IMG/VR virus record: IMGVR_UViG_3300038321_000129
Coordinates: 1 to 34,117 of that record
DNA length: 34,117 bases
Reading direction: 5' to 3' (one strand)
Origin: a virus
How positions within the stretch are numbered: position 1 is the first letter of the stretch; each line of letters opens with the position of its first letter. Below the pieces are notes generated by a model. The model was not told the origin of the DNA. It made no database searches and saw only the letters and a list, made by a program, of their open reading frames with translations. Positions 15,946 to 22,701 of this stretch are shown piece by piece. A program made the translations under genes and the position numbers.

Positions 15946-16095
15946 TCTAAATCAATGGATTAAATTATAAGATTTTAATATTTGTTTATAATCAAGAGTT
16001 AGAAAGTATTCTGCGCTCAAATTGAGCCGCGTTTGTCTAAATACCTTAGTATATCTATTATATTATATATATATATATTATTATATATAATAATA

Positions 16096-16191
16096 AGAGT
16101 GTGTATTACTGTGGGGTTGTGAGGTGTCCGAACCACTCGTGCACAGTCCCACAGACGCGGGTGTAGTAAAAAGTTAGAATTTAATATTTTT
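16096..16191 (+). ncRNA. Candidate small RNA, or protein-binding cassette, in IR-A (strand uncertain).
   Basis: Conserved 5' agagtgtgt. Copy-specific GC-rich core with inverted ctgtggg (16109-16115) and cccacag (16148-16154). Conserved 3' ttagaatttaatattttt ending in T5. The AT-rich block lies immediately upstream. Confidence 0.3.
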
Positions 16192-16329
16192 GGAAAAAAT
16201 CTAAGGCTATACTAAACTCCAATCGTCCAACGGAGCTTAGTATGGGCTTGCCTTATTTTCTAATACCCTATTGTTTTTTATTATTTTTTATTATAATTAA
16301 ATAATTTAAGAGGATGGGTGAAAATGGGA

Positions 16330-16623
16330 TTATTTTTTGATCGTGCGCCTTGATAGTTCCTCCGTGATATTATTGTATGTCTTTTTCCATACCGGGGCGT
16401 CTATGGCTGGATTTCCTAAGTTATCGTTTTCCATATGCTCCTCGATGTCCTGTTTAATTACTGCCAGTGTATTATTTGATAAGTGTTTTATATGCTCATT
16501 GATAATCCCGCATACAGTATGCGGCGCATAGGTCATACGCCCTATCGCATACCGTTCTGCGTAAGTCAAAACCTCCTCGAAGTCAAACTTTGAGAGGGTT
16601 ACAGTTTCGCCAGTGGTTTTCAT
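16330..16623 (-). CDS. Hypothetical protein (97 aa).
   Basis: ATGA-coupled start at 16623 with a ggtggag SD. The track start 16635 lies inside the upstream gene. Confidence 0.6.
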   Translation of the reverse strand: MKTTGETVTLSKFDFEEVLTYAERYAIGRMTYAPHTVCGIINEHIKHLSNNTLAVIKQDIEEHMENDNLGNPAIDAPVWKKTYNNITEELSRRTIKK

Positions 16624-17075
16624 TTCTCCACCCACATCTTACACTTCGCCCCCGCGGATACGCTCATAGGCACGCTGGCGCGTTTTACGACACTTTGGTT
16701 GTTAGATGACTCTCTGATACGACAGCCGCCATAAAACGCGCTGTAGTGCTTACACGTGGCGCACGTGTCACTATAGATATACACGCCGCTTTCTGATATG
16801 TACTGCTTGCGTTTAGGGTTGACCCTCAGCGGATCGTTTGGGTATGGTAATGATGTCGCCGTAACCGCCTCTTGACGTGCTATACTAGCCGCGTTGCGGT
16901 TAGCTCGGGCATTTACTTTGGTCTCTTTTGCCCGTTTGTTGTAACATGCTTTACAAATCTTTCTATATCCAAGTTTCGTGTATGAGTCCCTCGGAAATTC
17001 GTTAAGCGGTTTCAGTTCGCCGCATTTGATACAGCGGTGTAGGGTCTTGAGGTTTGGTATGGTTGGTTCTGTCAT
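16620..17075 (-). CDS. Zn-ribbon protein (phage-type CxxC...LNEF...CKAC module).
   Basis: HRCIKCGELKPLNEFPRDSYTKLGYRKICKACYNKRAKE, plus C-terminal Cys pairs. Confidence 0.6.
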   Translation of the reverse strand: MTEPTIPNLKTLHRCIKCGELKPLNEFPRDSYTKLGYRKICKACYNKRAKETKVNARANRNAASIARQEAVTATSLPYPNDPLRVNPKRKQYISESGVYIYSDTCATCKHYSAFYGGCRIRESSNNQSVVKRASVPMSVSAGAKCKMWVEK

Positions 17076-17077
17076 GA

Positions 17078-17524
17078 TTATGTCTCCTTCTTGATACGTT
17101 CTATTTCTTTTTCATACTTCGATTTATGGGTTTTTCGTTGAGATTCATACATACATTCTTTCGAACAAAATCTTGGTAACCATCCCCGGTGATCATAATC
17201 ATAGTCTACCTGCGATTTACGACGCCTAAACTCGGTTCCGCATATCTCACAAGTAAATAATTCAAACTGTGCACCATATCCACCAACTCTAGGACAAGTT
17301 GGTTTGATTACACAGTCCCAATATTTCCTATAGGTATCTATACATTCCGTTCGGTGTAATCTATAATATGATTTGCAGTATTCTCCACGGCATGATTTAC
17401 AATAAAATTGTAATCCATCTTTCCTTGATTTATCAGCATAAAATTCGCTCAGCGGCAATTCTCGCCCGCATTTAGTGCATACTTTCGTTAACTCGTCTGT
17501 CATTTTTTGTTTGCTCCATGTCAT
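17078..17524 (-). CDS. Zn-ribbon protein (paralogous N-terminal module).
   Basis: CTKCGRELPLSEFYADKSRKDGLQFYCKSCRGEY. Further CxxC pairs (CEICGTEF, CSKEC). Confidence 0.6.
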   Translation of the reverse strand: MTWSKQKMTDELTKVCTKCGRELPLSEFYADKSRKDGLQFYCKSCRGEYCKSYYRLHRTECIDTYRKYWDCVIKPTCPRVGGYGAQFELFTCEICGTEFRRRKSQVDYDYDHRGWLPRFCSKECMYESQRKTHKSKYEKEIERIKKET

Positions 17525-17560
17525 CTTAACTAAAAGATAACATACTATAGTTATACCCTT

Positions 17561-17575
17561 AAGTATATATACTTT
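17561..17575. promoter_or_regulatory. Palindromic TATA-like motif (aagtatatatacttt).
   Basis: 14/15 match. Centre lies 44 nt upstream of ATG 17524. Confidence 0.5.
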
Positions 17576-17596
17576 ACTTAATTATATTACTGATTT

Positions 17597-17602
17597 AAAA
17601 AA
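17597..17602 (-). terminator. Oligo-T tract (ccTTTTTT on the minus strand) after 17634..18131.
   Basis: A-run on the plus strand about 30 nt beyond the stop codon. No strong hairpin. Confidence 0.35.
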
Positions 17603-17633
17603 GGAGAGTTGTGTTAGTCAGCATCTAAATCTA

Positions 17634-18131
17634 TCATACCATACCCTCCGCTCGTTTCGTGAGCCATGTGTAATATTTCCGTTGCCAGTATGGGATGTCT
17701 ACCGGCATACTAAACAGTTTGCAGAGATACCACCATAGGATGCGTTCGGTCGGTGTCTGCCATTCTGCCGCAAGGATACTCATATCGTCCGCCGGCTGAC
17801 CTACCGCGTGCAGGAGTTCGTGCCAGATACGGAGGAAGATAACCTCGTCTGTGTCCTCTTCTCTTACTCTGATACTCGCACGCATATAATATGCGCCACC
17901 GAGAGCCAGAGCGGGGATGATATCATCAAAGATATAAACATCTCCTTCGTGTATCGGCATGGGAAACCCGTTCCAATTCGGATCTGATGCATCGCCTATT
18001 GATACGTCGGGAGTAACCCACGCCGTTCTAGAATCAGTGCGTAAATCAAAAAACGAGGGGATGTTTGGTTTAATCCTAACTACCATTTTCCAGAGTTCCG
18101 CTGTTTTACAATAGACGCTAAAGGCTGGCAT
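17634..18131 (-). CDS. Small metzincin-like zinc metallopeptidase (HExxH).
   Basis: 165 aa. WHELLHAVGQPAD, that is HExxHxxG followed by Asp (compare snapalysin-type HExxHxxGxxD). Confidence 0.5.
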   Translation of the reverse strand: MPAFSVYCKTAELWKMVVRIKPNIPSFFDLRTDSRTAWVTPDVSIGDASDPNWNGFPMPIHEGDVYIFDDIIPALALGGAYYMRASIRVREEDTDEVIFLRIWHELLHAVGQPADDMSILAAEWQTPTERILWWYLCKLFSMPVDIPYWQRKYYTWLTKRAEGMV

Positions 18132-18134
18132 AGT

Positions 18135-18665
18135 TTAGTTTGCTATGGCAATGACCGGCGCGCCGACTGCGTGATTACATGCGGCATATACACTCGCGGC
18201 CGACATGAGTGAGAATCTACCGTATGACACGAACACACATTTACAGTTGGTCTGCGGGTTTCTGTCGTGATCTTCAAAGATAAATCCGTATTCGGGGATC
18301 TTTTGAGATTCCAGAATATCCACATTATACCTAACCCCGCGCTCATTAAAAACTGCCCCACCTTCTTTGAGCTGTTTGACCATCTCATTGTATGTGGCGT
18401 CGTCCATCTTCCAAGTCTTTGCAGGCACTATCTCATTTGTAATAAGTGCTTCCTGTTCCTTATCCATGGGGACGTCGGATGAATAAAATTTAATAATGTT
18501 CTTCGTAAGGTCAATACCCGCAGTAATTGCAGTTTCGCTGGCGGCAATGGTCTTATCTTTGTTTTTCTTCTGATATTCCTGAATAACATTCCCGATAGCG
18601 AGAATTAATGCAATAATACCAGCGGCGATAGTAGACATCGTCGTCGGGTCAAAAAGTGTTTCCAT
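18135..18665 (-). CDS. Membrane-anchored protein (N-terminal TM helix).
   Basis: 176 aa. MSTIAAGIIALILAIGNVI hydrophobic segment. ggaggt SD. Confidence 0.6.
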   Translation of the reverse strand: METLFDPTTMSTIAAGIIALILAIGNVIQEYQKKNKDKTIAASETAITAGIDLTKNIIKFYSSDVPMDKEQEALITNEIVPAKTWKMDDATYNEMVKQLKEGGAVFNERGVRYNVDILESQKIPEYGFIFEDHDRNPQTNCKCVFVSYGRFSLMSAASVYAACNHAVGAPVIAIAN

Positions 18666-18690
18666 GAAGGTATATTACCTCCGTGGATGC

Positions 18691-18858
18691 TTAATAGTTT
18701 CGTCCGTGATTTACAATGTGGGACAATACGAACCGGTAATCTTTTGGCATCTCGTGCCGTGGTAACGTCACATCGACGTTTAACCCGTAGATGTAAAATC
18801 GTTTGGTTACATCATTCTCAATCGGATATGCTCCGTTGGGTTCGGTGGAATAAATCAT
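18691..18858 (-). CDS. Hypothetical small protein (55 aa).
   Basis: Start reassigned to ATG 18858, which has an aggaggtg SD. The longer track ORF (to 18996) overlaps the upstream gene. Confidence 0.5.
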   Translation of the reverse strand: MIYSTEPNGAYPIENDVTKRFYIYGLNVDVTLPRHEMPKDYRFVLSHIVNHGRNY

Positions 18859-18872
18859 TTGGTCACCTCCTA

Positions 18873-20258
18873 TCATTTTTTCAATTGTTTTTGTTCTCCG
18901 GTTCTTACCATGACCGTAGGGTCTGTCAACGGTATCTGGTAGACGTTTAGCGGGTGTCCGCGCTTCGAGTTGTCTTGCACACATTCGACCCCGCAATCTT
19001 CCAAATAATCATTTATCATCTTCCAATCGTTAGAACTTACGTTAATACCATTGCGCTTAATCTCTTCCCGTGTTACGGACATGTTCCCTCCAACGTGAAG
19101 TAAATTGTATATCGCTTCTCCCTGCCGAACTATCCGCGGTGGATACGTCTGGCGTTCGGCCTCATATTTTTTCATGACCTTATTAGACTTGCCAGCGATC
19201 TCAAGAGCATCTGACATGGCATCTTGGGTTATAATAACTCCGTTGTTTTTGATACTGGATACCGTCTGCATGGATTTATACGGTTGGTTTAGTAAGGATA
19301 ACACAATAGCCAATCGTTTTGCTTTGTCAAGGTGACGGGTCTGCAGAGTTTTTTCAATGATATCCTCACACTCAAGGGTTTTCTTTTGCTGTCCGCGGTC
19401 AAGTTCTCTGAGATTGAGCTTTCCGGGTTCCAGACTGCATTTAACCGGTGTCTTAAGTGGTGCGTTATAATCGCTTAACTTGATATGCTCCGCGCCTTCC
19501 ATTCGGTTAACAAAGTTCCCCCCGAGAAATAGCACGTCAGCGATACGATCAAACACACGGTAAGGGAGTTTAGTATCCTTAAGCTGATAATCCACTATCG
19601 CTTCCGGGATATAAAAAAACATATACCGGGACATATCGCCAGACTCAAAGTTTTCTTCGCAAAGTATTTCGCTCATCTGGTTGTGTGTTCCAAAGCCTAA
19701 CAAGGTCAACGCCGGGCGGATAATTATCTGTTCCCGGTCAGTTTCATTTTTGGGTGTGTTGCGTTTGTCCTTGGAGTACTTTTTGGGTCTCATCGACATA
19801 TCAGACAGGGTATAAGCTTTTGTCAGCGCGACAAGAGCAGTTTTCCCGATGATGTCAGATGCGAGGTTGGCGAGTGTCCTTCCAAACTCGTCCACGCACA
19901 TAATAGCTTGTGGTTGCGACACAATCGCCGAATGCACACCAGCATCAGACGAAAAACTCGACCCGTTCATAATCAACTCGGGACAGTGGATATCATCACC
20001 CCATCGTGTGATGATCTTTTCAAGGTCAGCTTTCCCAGACCCTGACGCGCCGAACACAACGACATACACATTCGAATATGACCCGTCAAACACAAAGTTC
20101 CTTGAACATATTCCAGCTCCAAACACAAGTGCCGATAAATACGCGCTGATACGATGCGGGCGGTATGCGTTCTCTAAGAAATTGTTAGCGAGGTCTGCAA
20201 GGACGCCGTGTAATACTGGTAACCCCTCCAAAACAAACTCGTCATTCTGGGTTGCCAT
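18873..20258 (-). CDS. P-loop NTPase. Candidate replication initiator or helicase-like protein.
   Basis: 461 aa. Walker A VVVFGASGSGKAD. Walker B-like AIMCVDEFG. Basic C-terminal region. Family not assignable by eye. Confidence 0.45.
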   Translation of the reverse strand: MATQNDEFVLEGLPVLHGVLADLANNFLENAYRPHRISAYLSALVFGAGICSRNFVFDGSYSNVYVVVFGASGSGKADLEKIITRWGDDIHCPELIMNGSSFSSDAGVHSAIVSQPQAIMCVDEFGRTLANLASDIIGKTALVALTKAYTLSDMSMRPKKYSKDKRNTPKNETDREQIIIRPALTLLGFGTHNQMSEILCEENFESGDMSRYMFFYIPEAIVDYQLKDTKLPYRVFDRIADVLFLGGNFVNRMEGAEHIKLSDYNAPLKTPVKCSLEPGKLNLRELDRGQQKKTLECEDIIEKTLQTRHLDKAKRLAIVLSLLNQPYKSMQTVSSIKNNGVIITQDAMSDALEIAGKSNKVMKKYEAERQTYPPRIVRQGEAIYNLLHVGGNMSVTREEIKRNGINVSSNDWKMINDYLEDCGVECVQDNSKRGHPLNVYQIPLTDPTVMVRTGEQKQLKK

Positions 20259-20261
20259 AGT

Positions 20262-20408
20262 TTATTTCTCCGTCTTTTTAGATTTGAAATATTCCCAAAG
20301 ACAGGTTTCAATACAAGCAGACCGGGAATAAATACCGCGCTCTGCATCTATCATCTCAATGATCTCGTCACTGAGCGATACCGAATAGTTATCTTTCCTA
20401 CTACCCAT
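20262..20408 (-). CDS. Ribbon-helix-helix (CopG/Arc-like) transcription regulator (48 aa; below the ORF-track cutoff).
   Basis: MGSRKDNYSVSLSDEIIEMIDAERGIYSRSACIETCLWEYFKSKKTEK has the beta-strand (YSVSLSD) then helix-helix pattern of RHH proteins. No SD. A TATA-like palindrome is centred 28 nt upstream. Confidence 0.6.
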   Translation of the reverse strand: MGSRKDNYSVSLSDEIIEMIDAERGIYSRSACIETCLWEYFKSKKTEK

Positions 20409-20427
20409 AACATAGTATTAGGTTCTA

Positions 20428-20444
20428 ATAGTATATAATACTAG
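20428..20444. promoter_or_regulatory. TATA-like near-palindrome (atagtatataatactag) upstream of the RHH gene.
   Basis: Centre lies about 28 nt from ATG 20408. The gene lacks an SD. Confidence 0.45.
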
Positions 20445-20450
20445 TTATTA

Positions 20451-20472
20451 GTAAAAAAGGTTAAAAAAGGTG
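20451..20472 (-). terminator. Two hairpin-less T6 tracts (caccTTTTTTaaccTTTTTT on the minus strand) after 20486..20746.
   Basis: A-runs at 20453-20458 and 20463-20468 on the plus strand. Confidence 0.4.
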
Positions 20473-20485
20473 TTATCTATTTGGA

Positions 20486-20746
20486 TTACCAGTTTTCACC
20501 GTATAGACTATCCATTTTCTCCCAAAATTTCTTATCAATGCCAGCGAGATCGGAATACTTAGAATATTTGTTGTAAATCATAAGACCTTCTTCAGCATTT
20601 AAGATACTTTCTGCGGCATCTAACATCCCTTCAATTTTGAAGGAATGCCATCTAAAGTTTTTACGGTCTAGGTTCTCTACTGCTCTTTTGAGTCCGTTAA
20701 TTCGCTCATCAAAGAGTTCACAGAATTTATCATAGTTTCGTGTCAT
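20486..20746 (-). CDS. Hypothetical protein (86 aa) with the conserved leader.
   Basis: Preceded by the third copy of the promoter-leader module. Confidence 0.65.
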   Translation of the reverse strand: MTRNYDKFCELFDERINGLKRAVENLDRKNFRWHSFKIEGMLDAAESILNAEEGLMIYNKYSKYSDLAGIDKKFWEKMDSLYGENW

Positions 20747-20778
20747 TTTAGTTTCTCCTTGTAGTTCGTCTTACTACA
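20747..20778 (-). promoter_or_regulatory. Conserved 5' leader hairpin plus SD, copy C.
   Basis: mRNA sense tgtagtaagacgaactacaaggagaaactaaaATG. Confidence 0.55.
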
Positions 20779-20796
20779 ATAATATATATGTCGTAT

Positions 20797-20811
20797 AAGT
20801 ATATATACTTA
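20797..20811. promoter_or_regulatory. Palindromic TATA-like motif AAGTATATATACTTA.
   Basis: Exact consensus. Centre lies 58 nt upstream of ATG 20746. Confidence 0.55.
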
Positions 20812-21051
20812 ACTATTATAATACAAGCAATCTAAAAGAAGGTTGAGGATTTCAGGGCAGAAGAAAGACCCTTGCGAGGTATGGCAACGTGATATTAGGT
20901 ATCCTTAAGGTGTGTGGTATCTATGGCAAAGTGGAGATGTCCCGTTATACGTGTCATTATGGTTAGGAGGTTGTGTAAGAAGTTCCCCATAATCCTCAAC
21001 AAAGATAACTTGGTGTATTGGATATTAATGCTTTCGGTGAAAAAAAGAGGG

Positions 21052-22701
21052 TTAGCAGAATTTTGAGAGCATCCAGTCTTTTGTATCTGGTATCTCCTTT
21101 TTAGGTTTGGCGTCGATTGGGACGTCAATTCCCAAAACTCTCCAGAATTTGCCGTCTCTTTGTGCCTTGATTCGTGTCGGGAGTTTCCACGTATAGGCAT
21201 ATTCTTTAAGCGCTTCGTCTATGCTGGTGGCGTATCCCCCTAGCGCGGTCACAAATTCAATGGCTTTTTTATACGGAAATGAATCACGCGGGTGATCTAA
21301 ACATATCCATTGTGATATGGGGCGGAATGATATGTCAGTGAGATAGTCTACTCGTAATGTATCGGTCTTGCCGTTCTTCCCATGATGACGGGAAAACATT
21401 ACATCCTCTACCTCTATCCATTCCGGCTCACTCTGTATCATTTCCCCATCATATGCTGATGGGTCGTGTGGGGCGGGCGCGGGAAACTCATGGCCGCATT
21501 CCGGGCACGTGCGAACTGAGATCGGTAAGATACTATGACATTTTAGGCACTCTTTAGCTGGCGCTTCTCCCGTTCCATCTTTCCGGGACCGTGACTTTTT
21601 AGGTGGTTGGATATTGTCGATAGTCCCTAACCGTTCGGTGTTCCCGCCGAAGTCCAATACTAAACAATCCCTCTTCCCTTCACATACCCGCATACCACGT
21701 CCTACAGCCTGAACAAATTTAGACGGGCTTTTAGTTGCCATTAACAAAACTACCATATCAGTTTGCGGCGCATTGAATCCTTCCGTCAGGATATTGACAT
21801 TGACAATACACCGGAGATTCCCAGCCTTGAACTGCTGGAGGGTAAGATCTCTTTCTTCCTGCGGACTCTCAGATGTAACAACATGATTCACTATACCCCG
21901 CGCTGTTATCTCATCGGATACATGTAGGGCGTGCTGGATAGACGTCGTGAACACCATCCATGATTTACGATCGTGCCCGTAAGCTATCATCTCGTCTACC
22001 GCTCGCCGGGTTAGGATAGTTGAGTCCGCGGCAACTTCCAAATCTTTGGTGTTATAATCTCCCGCCGTTGTTCTGACGTCTGACAAGTCAATCTTATCTA
22101 CCCCGCCTTTAGATACGACCGGGCACAAATACCCGTCGTTGATTAGCCGGACGATATCAATCTCATAATATAGCGTGTCAAACAACCGACCCTCACCCTC
22201 GTATAACAGCCCGCTATCGAGTCTATACGGCGATGCAGACAGGCCCAGTATGACAATGTTAGGGTTCGTGGTTTTGAGGTCTTGTATGAGTCTGGCGTAG
22301 CTCGTTCCGTCCTCGCTATTGACCTTATGCGCCTCGTCTATGATAAGGAGGTCCACTTTTCCAAACAAAAATCCCTTAGTGGTAATGCTTTGGATACCTG
22401 CAAAGATAACCCGGTTTTTCGTGTTGCGGGATGATAACCCGGACGAATAGATCCCCGTGTCCGCTTCAGGGTAATGCCGGAGTAACTCTTGTCTATCCTG
22501 CTCTATCAACTCGTATCGGTGCGTGCATACAATGATTTTGGTATTGTCCCAGAGAGTTAGCAAGGTCTTGCAGATGTCCGCCAGTATGGCTGACTTACCC
22601 GAACCGGTCGGGGCTGAGATAATCCCCGAATACTCTTTGAGTTTGACATGGGCGAAGAATGCATCTATCGCGTCCTGCTGGTATGGTCGGAGAGTTAGCA
22701 T
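21052..22701 (-). CDS. SF2 DEAH-box DNA helicase with a C-terminal Zn ribbon.
   Basis: Motif I ISAPTGSGKS. Motif II LLIIDEAH. Motif III LGLSASPYR. Motif VI QAVGRGMR. CLKCHSILPISVRTCPECGHEF. Confidence 0.85.
   Translation of the reverse strand: MLTLRPYQQDAIDAFFAHVKLKEYSGIISAPTGSGKSAILADICKTLLTLWDNTKIIVCTHRYELIEQDRQELLRHYPEADTGIYSSGLSSRNTKNRVIFAGIQSITTKGFLFGKVDLLIIDEAHKVNSEDGTSYARLIQDLKTTNPNIVILGLSASPYRLDSGLLYEGEGRLFDTLYYEIDIVRLINDGYLCPVVSKGGVDKIDLSDVRTTAGDYNTKDLEVAADSTILTRRAVDEMIAYGHDRKSWMVFTTSIQHALHVSDEITARGIVNHVVTSESPQEERDLTLQQFKAGNLRCIVNVNILTEGFNAPQTDMVVLLMATKSPSKFVQAVGRGMRVCEGKRDCLVLDFGGNTERLGTIDNIQPPKKSRSRKDGTGEAPAKECLKCHSILPISVRTCPECGHEFPAPAPHDPSAYDGEMIQSEPEWIEVEDVMFSRHHGKNGKTDTLRVDYLTDISFRPISQWICLDHPRDSFPYKKAIEFVTALGGYATSIDEALKEYAYTWKLPTRIKAQRDGKFWRVLGIDVPIDAKPKKEIPDTKDWMLSKFC

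Larger units (their letters stand above)
15877..16265. repeat. Large mosaic inverted repeat, copy IR-A (partner 33404..33781).
   Basis: The reverse complement of 33404..33781 aligns collinearly. Near-identical blocks alternate with copy-specific cassettes. Confidence 0.9.

Noticed and set aside
16047-16095. (TA)n and AT-rich repeats, and the dispersed 15-mer motif, considered as a CRISPR array or mini-array.
   Set aside because: There is no regularly spaced repeat-spacer structure. The 15-mers are kilobases apart and palindromic, and the AT block is a simple-sequence palindrome.
16096-16191. C/D-box or H/ACA-type guide RNA assignment for the GC-rich IR cassettes.
   Set aside because: I could find no RUGAUGA or CUGA box pairs on either strand.
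20895-21200. 101-aa minus-strand ORF spanning the helicase 3' end and the downstream spacer.
   Set aside because: It overlaps the helicase C-terminus in another frame and has no SD. Only its last ~50 codons are outside the helicase. I treat the region as noncoding.
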